Shown here: positions 17,011-26,887 of the stretch, piece after piece
How the letters are laid out: each line of letters begins with the position of its first letter
Position numbering within the stretch: the stretch's first letter is position 1
Assembly (NCBI RefSeq): GCF_029263155.1
Contig: NZ_JAJCYB010000104.1
Coordinates: 67,565-131,564 of the forward strand
Direction of reading: 5' to 3'
Origin: Pseudonocardia sp.
GTDB lineage: Bacteria; Actinomycetota; Actinomycetes; Mycobacteriales; Pseudonocardiaceae
Length of the DNA: 64,000 bases
Made by a program: the position numbers and the translations under genes
Notes under the pieces: generated by a model
Database searches by the model: none
Told to the model about the DNA's origin: nothing
The model's input: the letters and a program-made list of their open reading frames with translations, nothing else

Positions 17011-19464
17011 ATGACCCGCACGCGTTCTGGAGGCAGACTCGCGGTAGCCGCCGCGGCGGTGGCCACCGTCGTCACGATCGTCGTCTACGGCACCGCACAG
17101 GCCACCGTGGCCGGCCGGTTCGCAGCGGCGGTCCCGTGTGGGGACGGGCTGGTCGGCTCCGCCGTCCGGGCCCAGTCCGGCACGACCGGCGTCGGTCTGG
17201 ACTGCCTGCCCACCGACGACGGCCCGACGCGGTCGGCGCGACCCTACTTCGACGCGGCCGACTGGCTGTGGAACCCGGTACCGGAGGACCCCGCGCTCGA
17301 TCCGCAGTCCGAGGCCATGGTCGCCCACCTCGCCACCGGTGACCACATCGCCAACACCGTCGACTTCGGCGTCACGCTGCGCGACACCGAGGACATCACC
17401 GAGGACACCCCCCGCTTCCCGGTCTCCTTCGCCCAGGAGGGGAACTGGGGCCCGGACCCCTTCGCAGGCGAGACGATCCCCATCCCCGAGGACACCCCCA
17501 TCGCCCCCGGCTCCGACGGCCACCTCGCCGTCGCCGACCCGATCACGAACATGGTCTACAACCTGTGGATGGCGCAGGACGGCGGCGAGTCCTGGACTGC
17601 CGGCTGGGGGGCCATGACGCCGCTCGACGGCGACGGTCGCGAGGAGAACGGCAGCTCCACCGGCGCCGGGATCGCGCGCTACGCCGCCGTGGTGCGGGCC
17701 GAGGACATCGCGGCGGGCGAGATCCCGCACGCGCTGTTCTTCTCCACCAACATGGCCGCGCCGGACGAGGTGCGCTACCCGGCCACCAAGACCGACGGCA
17801 GCAACATGGACGGTGTCGACACCCCCATCCCCGAGGGGGCCCGGGTGCAGCTCGACCCGGCGCTCGACCTGGAGTCGCTGGGCCTGAGCGAGGGCGAGCT
17901 CACCGTCGCCCGCGCACTGCAGACCTACGGCGCCTACGTCGGCGACAACGGCGGGGCCCGGATGGGGTTCCTGTTCGAGTACGTGCCCGGCTCCTCGGTG
18001 TACTCCGACGCCGGCATCGAGGGCGACTACGCCTCGCTCGAGAGCATCCCGTGGGAGCGGTTGCGCGTGCTGGAGGACTGGAACGGCGGCCAGGAGCCCG
18101 ACGCCGACCCGCCCGCCGACCCGTCGGAGGGGCCGGCCGACGAGCCCCGCGAGCGATCGGGCACACCCCCACCCACCCGCTCCGCTCCCGCCGACGAGCC
18201 CCGCGGCGACGAGCCCCGCAGCGACGAGCCCCGCGGCGACGAGCCCCGGGCCGACGAGCCGACCGGTGAGCCACGTGGCGGCGAGCCCCGGGACGACGAG
18301 CCCCGGGACGACGACCCCGGAGCCCCCGGCAGCGGCGACCGGCCCCGCAGCATCCCGCCCACCGGCGACGACCCCACCCCGTCCACGACGCCCGGCGGGA
18401 GCGGCAGCACGACCGTCGAGCCCCTCCGCGACATCGGCGAGCCCACCGGCGATGCCACCGGTGCGACCCTGACCGTCGGCGACGGCGGCGACCACTCGTC
18501 GATCCAGGACGCCGTCGACGCCGCGGGACCGGGCGACACCGTGGAGATCGCCGAGGGCACCTACGACGGCTTCTCCGTCGACACGCAGGGCACCGCGCAG
18601 GGATGGATCACCATCCGGGCCGAGGAGGGCGCCGAGGTGGTCGTCGAGGGCGGCGGCGGCAGCGACCAGGGGCTCGTCGACATCAACGGCGCCGCCTACC
18701 TGCGGCTGATCGGGCTGTCGGTGCGGGGCTCCGACACGCACGGCGTCTACGGCGCCGGCACCGACCACGTGGTGCTGCGCGACTGCGAGGTGGCCGGTTC
18801 CAGCGACGGCGGCATCGTGGTCCTCGACAGCACCGACCTGCTCGTCGAGGGCTGCGAGGTGCACGGCAACAACGCCCGCGGCACCAGCGCGTCGAACGAG
18901 GCGCTCAGCATCGTCAACACCGACGGCTTCGAGATCGTCGGCAACGACGTGCGCGACAACGGCGAGGAGGGCATCGACGCCAAGTACGAGGCCCGCAACG
19001 GCATCATCCACGGCAACCGGGCCACCGGTAACCGCGGACCCAACATCTACATCGACTCCGCCCACGACATCGAGGTGATCGGGAACCTGGCGGCCGGTGC
19101 GACCGAGGCCAGCAAGTCCGGCATCGGGCTGGCCGTGGAGAACTACTCGGACACGCTGCGGCTGGCCGACATCGTCATCCGCGACAACCGCATCGAGGAC
19201 AACGCCGGCGCGGGGGTGGACTTCTGGATCGAGGGCTCGGGCACGATGTCGAACATCACGGTCGAGAACAACCGCTTCTCCGGCAACGGTCGTGGGGCGA
19301 TCACGTTCGCCACCGACAGCTTCTCCGGGGAGAACCGCATCGTCGGCAACATCTTCACCGGGGGTGACGAGCCGCCGGGCGAGCGCGAGGGCTTCCGGCT
19401 CCTCGACAACGCCCTGACCGAGGCCGTCGGGGACACGCTCGGCGGGCTGGGCGGCGGGCGGTGA
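17011..19464 (+). CDS. Secreted protein: unassigned domain (paralogue 3) + DEPR linker + right-handed beta-helix (pectin lyase-like) domain
   Basis: Signal peptide ending AQA; DGH/HALFF/PATKTDG/PEGARVQLDP domain; SIQDAVDAAGPGDTVEIAEGTY followed by Asn/Gly-rich beta-helix repeats; GGGAGG RBS. Confidence 0.82.
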   Translation: MTRTRSGGRLAVAAAAVATVVTIVVYGTAQATVAGRFAAAVPCGDGLVGSAVRAQSGTTGVGLDCLPTDDGPTRSARPYFDAADWLWNPVPEDPALDPQSEAMVAHLATGDHIANTVDFGVTLRDTEDITEDTPRFPVSFAQEGNWGPDPFAGETIPIPEDTPIAPGSDGHLAVADPITNMVYNLWMAQDGGESWTAGWGAMTPLDGDGREENGSSTGAGIARYAAVVRAEDIAAGEIPHALFFSTNMAAPDEVRYPATKTDGSNMDGVDTPIPEGARVQLDPALDLESLGLSEGELTVARALQTYGAYVGDNGGARMGFLFEYVPGSSVYSDAGIEGDYASLESIPWERLRVLEDWNGGQEPDADPPADPSEGPADEPRERSGTPPPTRSAPADEPRGDEPRSDEPRGDEPRADEPTGEPRGGEPRDDEPRDDDPGAPGSGDRPRSIPPTGDDPTPSTTPGGSGSTTVEPLRDIGEPTGDATGATLTVGDGGDHSSIQDAVDAAGPGDTVEIAEGTYDGFSVDTQGTAQGWITIRAEEGAEVVVEGGGGSDQGLVDINGAAYLRLIGLSVRGSDTHGVYGAGTDHVVLRDCEVAGSSDGGIVVLDSTDLLVEGCEVHGNNARGTSASNEALSIVNTDGFEIVGNDVRDNGEEGIDAKYEARNGIIHGNRATGNRGPNIYIDSAHDIEVIGNLAAGATEASKSGIGLAVENYSDTLRLADIVIRDNRIEDNAGAGVDFWIEGSGTMSNITVENNRFSGNGRGAITFATDSFSGENRIVGNIFTGGDEPPGEREGFRLLDNALTEAVGDTLGGLGGGR
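18193..18321 (+). repeat. 15-bp coding tandem repeat (DEPRx)
   Basis: GACGAGCCCCGCGGC-like unit, about 8-9 degenerate copies in the interdomain linker. Confidence 0.85.
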
Positions 19465-19471
19465 CCGCGGG

Positions 19472-20647
19472 TCAGCCGCGCACCGGCAGGCGCAGGATGT
19501 TCGCGGCCCGCAACAGCGCCCGGGCGACGGCGGGCAGCGGGTCGTCGGCCCGGAACACCGGGAGGACCTGGCGGTGCGCGACGCTGCGTACCCATTGCCC
19601 GAACGTCAGCTCCCCACGCCTGCGCAGCACGAGGAACGAGCGGAAGTCGTCCACCGGGTACAGCATGCGCAGCCCGGTGCGGTACGTGGCGGGCAGCTCG
19701 TGGGGCCGGCCGGCCGCGCGCTCGTACACGTGCCGGGCGAGATCGAGCCCGGCCGCCTGCACCAGCGGGTTGGCCGCGCTGAAACGGGCGTTGCACTCGA
19801 TGAGCTTGAGGCGGTCGTCGCGCAGGTCGTGCACGAACTCCACACACGCCAGCCCGCGGAGGCCGACGTGCTTGACCAGGCGCAGCGCGACCTCCTTGAC
19901 CTCCTCGTTCCGGTCGGTGACGTGGGAGGTGGCCATGCCCTCGTTCGGCGGGAAGCGCCGGATCACGCGCTTGGTGTAGTCGTAGGTCGGGTTCCCGCCG
20001 GGGTCGATGTAGGTGGAGTAGCTGCACAGCTGCTCGTCGGAGGAGGGGATCTTCTCGACGAGCATCACGGCGAGCCCGGCGGCGGCGAGCTCGGCGTGGG
20101 CCGCCCTCAGCTCGGCGAAGTCGGCTGCCACCAGGAACTTGCGCTGCCCGGGGAACCTGGCCTTGAACTCGTGCGACAGGAGCGGCTTGACGATCAGCGG
20201 GTAGACGAGCGCCTCGCGGTGCCGATCCAGGTCCTCCGGTGTGTCGATCCGCCAGAACAGCGGGGTGGGCACCCCCGCCTCGCGGGCGCGTTCGTAGGTG
20301 GAGAGCTTGTCCAGCATCTCCATCTGCGCGGTGACGTCGGCGTCGTCGAGCCGGAACCGCTCGAGCAGGGCGGTGCGGTGCCGCAGCAGGACCATCAGGC
20401 CGACGTCGCTCGTGCCGAGCACGACCGCGCCGCGCAGGGCCTCGGTGGCCGGCCCGAGCAGCAGCTGCGCCCACGCGTCCTCCGGGGCGGCCCCCGGCGG
20501 CACCTCGATGACCGAGATGTGGCGGGAGGCCGCGGCCCACCGGGTGACGCCGATGCCGTGGACGGCCACTCCCGCGCGACCGAGGCTGCGCGCGATCGAC
20601 AGCGCGGTGGTGTCACCACCGAGGAGGATGACCGGTGGGCTCGACAT
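19472..20647 (-). CDS. ATP-grasp carboxylate-amine ligase (D-aspartate ligase-like)
   Basis: ARSLGRAG, DKLSTYE, PLIVKP, VEKIP, EFVHDLRD, LIECNARF. Confidence 0.8.
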   Translation of the reverse strand: MSSPPVILLGGDTTALSIARSLGRAGVAVHGIGVTRWAAASRHISVIEVPPGAAPEDAWAQLLLGPATEALRGAVVLGTSDVGLMVLLRHRTALLERFRLDDADVTAQMEMLDKLSTYERAREAGVPTPLFWRIDTPEDLDRHREALVYPLIVKPLLSHEFKARFPGQRKFLVAADFAELRAAHAELAAAGLAVMLVEKIPSSDEQLCSYSTYIDPGGNPTYDYTKRVIRRFPPNEGMATSHVTDRNEEVKEVALRLVKHVGLRGLACVEFVHDLRDDRLKLIECNARFSAANPLVQAAGLDLARHVYERAAGRPHELPATYRTGLRMLYPVDDFRSFLVLRRRGELTFGQWVRSVAHRQVLPVFRADDPLPAVARALLRAANILRLPVRG

Positions 20648-20718
20648 CCCGTCACCCTAACCGGGGCCGGCACCCCGACCGGGCGCCGCCTCCCCCGCCC
20701 GGGTCGGGCGTCGAGGGT

Positions 20719-21771
20719 TCAGCGGACCGCCCGCAGGGTCCGCCCGATGGGGCCGGTGCCGCGCACCAGCGGCCGCAGCCCGGCCCGCACGATCCGGCGG
20801 GCCCGGCGCGGCAGCGAGCCGACCGAGGCGGCGTCGAGGGAGCCGGTGTGCACCACCAGCTCGCCGGTCATCATCGCGTCCTTGTAGTCGTGCCGGCCCC
20901 GGCCCAGGTCGAGCTGCACGATGCCCCGCCGGGCGGCCTCCTGCGCCAGGTGGAACAGCAGCAGGATGCCCGGCGAGTAGCGGCCGAACGCCACGTCGTA
21001 GCCGGGGAACCACCACGACAGCACCGATCCGGACGCGGGGCCGAGGTGTGCGGCGACCAGGTGCTCACCGGCGTGGAGCGCGGAGCAGAAGCCCGTGCAC
21101 TCGGCCGCACCGGACCCGCTCACGTCCTCGGCCAGCCCGACGATCCGGGGGTCGGCGAAGCGGTCCCACTCCCCCAGCTGCGCGTACTGGGCGGACTTCC
21201 AGCCCATCAGCGTGCGCAGCACCGCGGGATCGTCGCTGTGCGGCTCGAACCGCAGCTCACCGACCTCGCGCTCCAGCTTGCGCTGCTTGCGGAACGTGGA
21301 CGCCAGCCACTTCTTCGACCGCTCCTTCACCGCGGCGAGATAGGGGTCGTAGCCGCCGGCGAGGTCGATCACCGGCGAGAGCTCGCGCCGCGTCCGGTAG
21401 GCGCCGGGCGGGACCTGGCCGTCGACGAGGCAGTCGAAGTCCCAGCCGGCGAGCCCGCTGCGCCCGAGCAGCGCCGCCACGTCGACCTCGGCGCCGGGTT
21501 CCAGGACGAGCCCCTCGGCGTCGGCCAGCCCGGCGCCCACGGGACGCGCGACCCGGCCGTGCCGCTCGTGGGCGAAGAAGCCGACGATCCGGCCCCCGTC
21601 CTCCAGCACCGTCACCCGCGCCGCGGGCCGCACGGCGCCGACGGCGCGGGCGAACTCGGCCGACAGGAACGGGTTGCGGGGTCCCCGGGCGGCCGCGCGC
21701 AGCTCGGTCCACCGCCGCAGCTCCGCCGCGCCGAGCTCGGCCGGTCGCACCGCTGTGTACTGCACGGACAC
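20719..21771 (-). CDS. GNAT acyltransferase, CelD/BcsL family
   Basis: NPFLSAEF, RKQRKLERE, YSPGILL, LDLGRGRHDYK. Confidence 0.82.
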   Translation of the reverse strand: MSVQYTAVRPAELGAAELRRWTELRAAARGPRNPFLSAEFARAVGAVRPAARVTVLEDGGRIVGFFAHERHGRVARPVGAGLADAEGLVLEPGAEVDVAALLGRSGLAGWDFDCLVDGQVPPGAYRTRRELSPVIDLAGGYDPYLAAVKERSKKWLASTFRKQRKLEREVGELRFEPHSDDPAVLRTLMGWKSAQYAQLGEWDRFADPRIVGLAEDVSGSGAAECTGFCSALHAGEHLVAAHLGPASGSVLSWWFPGYDVAFGRYSPGILLLFHLAQEAARRGIVQLDLGRGRHDYKDAMMTGELVVHTGSLDAASVGSLPRRARRIVRAGLRPLVRGTGPIGRTLRAVR

Positions 21772-21823
21772 TCCTTCGACTCGCGGTGGCTACCCTCGCA
21801 GGGCAACCCGGAGGGATCACACC

Positions 21824-23143
21824 GTGCGCAACCGGATCGTCCTGCTGACCGTCGCCCTGTCGATGGTGGCGATCAGCCTGTTCGCGTTGCCGCTCGCGGT
21901 CGTCGCCCAGCGCTTCTACACCAGGATCGAGTTCGCCGAGCTGGAACGGTCGGCCCACCTCGTGGTGGACCACATCTCCGACCAGGTCCGCGACGGCGAG
22001 GTGCCCTACCCCGACTGGATACAGGACGACGTCACCGCCGCACTCTACGATCCCGCCGGACCCAAGCTCACCGGGGATGGGCCCCTGCTGGCCGACCACG
22101 CCGTCCGGGAAGCGGTCGAGGAGGGCTACGTCGACACGAGCGACTCGCCGGACGAGCTGATCGTCGCCATCCCCATCTCCGAGGACGGTGAGATCGTCGG
22201 CGTCGTGCGCGCCAGCACGCCCCGCGGGGAGGCCACCGCACGGATCGTCGAGCGGTGGATGCAGATGCTGGCGCTCGCCGTCGTGGTCCTGGTCGTGACA
22301 CTGCTGGTGGCCCGCCGCCAAGCCGCGCGGCTGGCCCGGCCCGTGGAGGAGCTGGCCCGGGCGGCGCTGCGGCTGGGCGAGGGCGACTTCACCACCGAGG
22401 AACGGGTCGTCGGCATCGTCGAGATCGACGAGGTCCGCTCCGCGCTCAACGCCACCGCCGGGCGGCTGGACGCCCTGATCGCCCGCGAACGCGCGTTCTC
22501 CGCGGAGGCCTCCCATCAGCTGCGTACGCCGCTGACCGGGCTGCAGCTGCGGCTGGAGGCGGCGCTGCGCAACCCGCGCGCCGACCACACCGCGGCGATC
22601 CAGGCCAGCCTCGCCGAGGTCGACCGGTTGGAGCGCACGATCACCGACCTCCTCGCGCTGGCCCGTGGCAGCCGGCAACGCGGCGCGCTCGACCTGCCGG
22701 CCCTGCTGCACGAGGTGGAGCAGGTGTGGGGCCCCCGGCTGGGCAGCCGCGGACGCGCGCTGCGCTTCACCGTGGACCCCGACCTCCCGGTGGTGGAGGC
22801 GTCCACCGCGGCGATCCGGCAGGTGCTGACCGTGCTGCTGGGCAACGCCGTCGAGCACGGAACCGGCGCCGTGACGGTGGGTGTGCACGACATCGACGAG
22901 GCCGTGCGTGTCGACGTCACCGACGAGGGCCGGGTCCCCACCGGGAAGGGGTTCGACCTGTTCGACCGGCGCGAGCCCGACTCCGACGGTCACGGCATCG
23001 GGCTGGCGCTGGCCCGGCGTCTGGTGGAGGCCGAGGGTGGGCGGCTCCAGCTCACCTGCTCCGCGCCGACGACGCTCACGGCGTTCCTGCCGACCGGGGC
23101 GCGGCCGGCTCCGGAGGCGGAGGCCGCGACGCTCACCTCCTAG
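21824..23143 (+). CDS. HAMP-domain sensor histidine kinase
   Basis: Two TMs, H-box ASHQLRTPLT, N-box NAVEHG, G boxes DEG and GIGLALAR. Confidence 0.92.
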   Translation: MRNRIVLLTVALSMVAISLFALPLAVVAQRFYTRIEFAELERSAHLVVDHISDQVRDGEVPYPDWIQDDVTAALYDPAGPKLTGDGPLLADHAVREAVEEGYVDTSDSPDELIVAIPISEDGEIVGVVRASTPRGEATARIVERWMQMLALAVVVLVVTLLVARRQAARLARPVEELARAALRLGEGDFTTEERVVGIVEIDEVRSALNATAGRLDALIARERAFSAEASHQLRTPLTGLQLRLEAALRNPRADHTAAIQASLAEVDRLERTITDLLALARGSRQRGALDLPALLHEVEQVWGPRLGSRGRALRFTVDPDLPVVEASTAAIRQVLTVLLGNAVEHGTGAVTVGVHDIDEAVRVDVTDEGRVPTGKGFDLFDRREPDSDGHGIGLALARRLVEAEGGRLQLTCSAPTTLTAFLPTGARPAPEAEAATLTS

Positions 23144-23156
23144 ATAATCTGCGCGC

Positions 23157-23843
23157 ATGGCGCTGCTGTTGCTCGTGGAGGACGACCCGACCATCGGGAA
23201 GGTGCTGGAGTCCAGCCTCGCGTCCGCAGGCCACGACGTCACCTGGCACGACACCGGGGGTGCCGCACTCGACCATGCGGAGTCCCGGCAGGTCGACCTC
23301 GTGCTGCTCGACCTCGGGCTGCCCGACATGGACGGCATCGACGTCTGCCGCAGGCTGCGCGCGGTCCAGCCGGCGTGCGTCGTGGTGATGCTCACCGCCC
23401 GGCACGAGGAGATGGACGTCGTGGTGGGCCTGTCCGCGGGGGCCGACGACTACCTCACCAAGCCGATCCGGCTCGGCGAGCTGCTCGCCCGCGTCCAGGC
23501 CCACCTGCGACGGGGCGGCACCGGCCCGGCCACCGACAACACGCTCACGATCGGCGCGCTCACCGTCGACACCGGCCGACGCCGAGTCACCGTCGGGGAC
23601 CACGAGGTGGTCCTGCGCACCAAGGAGTTCGACCTGCTGGCCCGGCTGGCCGCCGAGCCCGGCGTCGCGCTGAGCCGGCAGACGCTGATGGCCGACGTCT
23701 GGGACGCGCACTGGTCGGGGCCCACCAAGACCCTCGACGTCCACGTCGCGGTGCTGCGCCGCAAGCTGGAGGCCGCCGCCGACGGTACCGCCGACCCGCC
23801 CCGCATCGTCACGCTGCGCGGATTCGGCTACCGCCTTGACTGA
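23157..23843 (+). CDS. OmpR-family response regulator
   Basis: LLVEDD, LLDLGLPDMDG, GADDYLTKP, TLRGFGYR. Confidence 0.95.
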   Translation: MALLLLVEDDPTIGKVLESSLASAGHDVTWHDTGGAALDHAESRQVDLVLLDLGLPDMDGIDVCRRLRAVQPACVVVMLTARHEEMDVVVGLSAGADDYLTKPIRLGELLARVQAHLRRGGTGPATDNTLTIGALTVDTGRRRVTVGDHEVVLRTKEFDLLARLAAEPGVALSRQTLMADVWDAHWSGPTKTLDVHVAVLRRKLEAAADGTADPPRIVTLRGFGYRLD

Positions 23844-23926
23844 CGTCACCGGATCGGCAGAAAGTTTGGGAGTGCGGTGGCCATCGGCTTGCCTGCCGCT
23901 AACCTGCGCCACCGCACACTTGATCC

Positions 23927-25108
23927 ATGACGCTGACCGCCGAACCGCCGAAGCGCTCACGGCCCGCCACCGCCCCTTCCGCGGGGTCGAAGGCCGCGAA
24001 TGCCCGCGGCGTCGCGGAGCTGGCCCGGCTGCTCGTCGCCGGCCGGGTCTCCCCGGACCGGCGCGCCTCCACGCGCGCCCGGGACCGGCACTACCGGCAG
24101 TTCTGGATCGACGCCGCCCGCGCGCTCGAGCTCCCCACCCGCCGCGTCGGCGACGGTCTGGAGATCGCGCTGGACGGGGGCACGATCGAGGTGCACCGGG
24201 CGGCCAACACGCTGGACCCGCAGGACGTGCTCGACCGGGCGGGTGACAAGGCCCTCGTGCACCGGCTGCTCGCCGCGCGCGGCGTCCCGATCACCGAGCA
24301 CCGCTCGTTCACCCTGGCCACGCTGTCCGACGCCGCGGAGTTCCTCGCCGCCGCCGACGGTCCGTGCGTCGTCAAGCCCTCCCGCGACACCTCGGCCGGC
24401 AACGGCGTGACCACGAACGTCGGCGACGCACGCGGCCTGCGCGCGGCGGCGGCCGCGGCGGCGGCCGCCGGGGCGCTGGCGGCGCGCAACAGCCGGTCCG
24501 GGTCCCCCGCGACGCGGCTGCGGGCGAAGTTCGCCGAGCTGCGCTCGGTGCCGCTGCTCATCGAGCGCCAGGTCACCGGCGAGGACTACCGGCTGCTCTA
24601 CCTCGACGGCGTGCTCGTCGACGCCGTGCACCGCATGGCCCCCACGGTCGTGGGCGACGGTGCCCACACCGTCGCCCAGATCGTCGCCCGGCTCAACGCC
24701 CGTCGCCTGCGCCACGCCGACGACCGCGGCGAGAGCACCGTCTCGCTCGACACCGACCTGGTCCGCACGCTCGGGCTGCAGTCGCTCACGCTCGCATCGG
24801 TGCCGGAGGCGGGTCGCGTGGTGCGTCTCAAGACCACCGTCAACGGCAACGCGCTCGACGACAACCGCAGCGCCCGGCACCTGCTGCACCCCGACGTCGT
24901 CGAGCAGGGGGCGCTGGCGGCGAGCGCGGTCGGCGCCCGCCTGGTCGGGGTGGACGTCGTCACCTCCGACCCCGGTCTCCCCCTCGCCGACACCGGTGGA
25001 TGCGTCCTGGAGGTCAACACGACGCCGGGGTTCGCGTTCCACTACCACGGCGGGGACGGTGCCGTGGACGTCGCGCGGGTGGTGCTGGAGCGGCTCGCCC
25101 GGGCCTGA
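23927..25108 (+). CDS. Stand-alone ATP-grasp protein resembling the cyanophycin synthetase N-terminal domain
   Basis: VVKP...GNGVTT, IERQVTGEDYRLL, TVVGDG, GVDVV, LEVNTTPG; no Mur-ligase domain. Confidence 0.75.
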   Translation: MTLTAEPPKRSRPATAPSAGSKAANARGVAELARLLVAGRVSPDRRASTRARDRHYRQFWIDAARALELPTRRVGDGLEIALDGGTIEVHRAANTLDPQDVLDRAGDKALVHRLLAARGVPITEHRSFTLATLSDAAEFLAAADGPCVVKPSRDTSAGNGVTTNVGDARGLRAAAAAAAAAGALAARNSRSGSPATRLRAKFAELRSVPLLIERQVTGEDYRLLYLDGVLVDAVHRMAPTVVGDGAHTVAQIVARLNARRLRHADDRGESTVSLDTDLVRTLGLQSLTLASVPEAGRVVRLKTTVNGNALDDNRSARHLLHPDVVEQGALAASAVGARLVGVDVVTSDPGLPLADTGGCVLEVNTTPGFAFHYHGGDGAVDVARVVLERLARA

Positions 25109-25123
25109 CCCGGCCGGGCTCGT

Positions 25124-26122
25124 TCAGGCGTGCCGGGAGGGCGCGCACAGCACGCCCGGCACGGCCGCCATCGCGGCCACCACCTCGGGTGTGTGGTCCC
25201 GGAACACCCCGGCCCTGGCGATGTCCAGTGGATCGTCGTGGCCCCGCCCGTTGACGCCACCGTAGAAGCTGAACGCGCGCCGCACCCCCAGCTCGGCCAG
25301 CTCGGCCCTGGTCGTCTCGTCGAAGCTCGTGCGCGCCCCCACGGGGTAGCTGAACAGGTCGACGGGGCCGTCGAGCTCCTCACGCATGCGGCGCACCGAC
25401 CCGGCGATCTCCTCGTGCTGGCGGGCAGCGCTGAGCGTGGCGAGCACGGGATGGGTCACGCTGTGCGCCCCGACCTCCATCCCGAGCCGGTCGAGCTCGC
25501 GCACCATGTCCCAGGTCATCCACCGGTCCGCGGCCTGCTCACGACCGAGCCGGGGGCGGCCGGTGCAGCAGGCGAGGTCGTCGAGGAACTGCTCGCCGTC
25601 GTCGCCGGCCAGGTTCTTGTAGGCGGTGGTGAGGCGCCTGCGGTAGCGGGTGGAGCCCACCGAGGCCGGCAGACCGCGGGGGATCCACCGCGACGGCGGG
25701 AGGTCGACGGGGTCCCCGCCGGCGAGCCAGGCGATCTCGTCCCACCAGGCGTGCCGGGGGCGGTCGACGAAGCCGGTGGTGATGAAGAACGACCCGGCCA
25801 GGCCGCGGGCGGCCAGGATCTCCGCGGCCTGGGTCTGGTCGCGGTAGCCGTCGTCGACGGTGATCGCGACGCGGCGGGCCGGTCCACCCACCTGCCAGTC
25901 GTCGCTGCCGGCGGGAACGATCTCGAAGCGCTCGGCGAGCAGTTCCACGTGGCGGGCGAACTCCTCGGCGGTGCAGCTGAACAGGTCCGGGTCGTCCGCG
26001 GGGCCGGGGCGGCCGATGCGGTGGTAGTTCAGGACCAGCAGCCCGCGCCAGCTCAGGCGGGCCAGTCGGTCGAGTCTCGTGGCGGTGAGGAGGCGGGCTG
26101 CTGCGGCCGTACGGGATGTCAC
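25124..26122 (-). CDS. Polysaccharide deacetylase (CE4)
   Basis: LNYHRI, ITVDDGY, GAHSVTHP, FSYPVG. Confidence 0.88.
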   Translation of the reverse strand: MTSRTAAAARLLTATRLDRLARLSWRGLLVLNYHRIGRPGPADDPDLFSCTAEEFARHVELLAERFEIVPAGSDDWQVGGPARRVAITVDDGYRDQTQAAEILAARGLAGSFFITTGFVDRPRHAWWDEIAWLAGGDPVDLPPSRWIPRGLPASVGSTRYRRRLTTAYKNLAGDDGEQFLDDLACCTGRPRLGREQAADRWMTWDMVRELDRLGMEVGAHSVTHPVLATLSAARQHEEIAGSVRRMREELDGPVDLFSYPVGARTSFDETTRAELAELGVRRAFSFYGGVNGRGHDDPLDIARAGVFRDHTPEVVAAMAAVPGVLCAPSRHA

Positions 26123-26140
26123 GTCAGAGGTTCGTCAGAA

Positions 26141-26887
26141 CTACTGCCGGCGTTTCGACCGGAGTCGTCCGTACGTCGCAGAGGTACGCGTTCGGAGGTA
26201 CCACTCGGAGGTCTTCACCCGGAACTTCCACTCCGGGTTACCGCGGTAGACACCGATGCGCGGCACGGCGAACGCGCCGGCCTCCTCCGGCCCGTCGGGC
26301 AGCGCCAGGGCCACCGTGTAGCCCGCCCGCTCCGCGGCCCGGCGTACGTGCGGCGCGTGGTGCCCGAACGGGTAGGCCAGCGTGCTGACCGCGGCACCGA
26401 GCAGGTCGGAGAGCAGGTCGCGGCTGTCGCGCAGATCGGCGAGGCACTCGGCCTCGGACAGGGTCGGCAGGTCCCGGTGCGCCATGCTGTGGCTGCCGAT
26501 GTCCCAGCCGCGGGCGTGCAGGTCGCGGATCTGCTCGGGGGTGAGCAGCGGTGGGGCGTCCGCCGGGTCGAGCCCGGTGATCCAGTCCACGCTGACGCCG
26601 GAACCGGTGACCGAACCGGCGACGATGTACATGGTGGCCGTCAGCCCGTGGCGCTCCATGATCGGCACGGCGTGCTCGGCGTAGTCGGCGAACCCGTCGT
26701 CGAAGGTGAGGACGGTGCTGCCGCGCGGGGTCGCGCCGCGTGCCGCCAGCCGATCCACGACGCTGCTCAGCGGGACGGTGCCGCCGCGACGCCGGATCAC
26801 GGCACACTGGCGCTCGAAGTCCGCGGGCTCCACCGACACCGGGTCGTCCCAACCGGAGGCGACGGAGTGGTAGCAGAGGATGCTCAC
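26141..26887 (-). CDS. Polysaccharide deacetylase (CE4)
   Basis: ILCYHSV, LTFDDG, GSHSMAH, LAYPFG; GTGA overlap with the upstream GT stop. Confidence 0.88.
   Translation of the reverse strand: MSILCYHSVASGWDDPVSVEPADFERQCAVIRRRGGTVPLSSVVDRLAARGATPRGSTVLTFDDGFADYAEHAVPIMERHGLTATMYIVAGSVTGSGVSVDWITGLDPADAPPLLTPEQIRDLHARGWDIGSHSMAHRDLPTLSEAECLADLRDSRDLLSDLLGAAVSTLAYPFGHHAPHVRRAAERAGYTVALALPDGPEEAGAFAVPRIGVYRGNPEWKFRVKTSEWYLRTRTSATYGRLRSKRRQ

Noticed and set aside
23872-23917. GTGCGGTGGC/GCCACCGCAC inverted repeat after the response regulator
   Set aside because: Short stem, large loop and no U-tail; not distinguishable from chance at this GC content.
23927-25108. Calling this gene cphA (cyanophycin synthesis)
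   Set aside because: Less than half the length of CphA1, no Mur-ligase domain and no cphB in the window.
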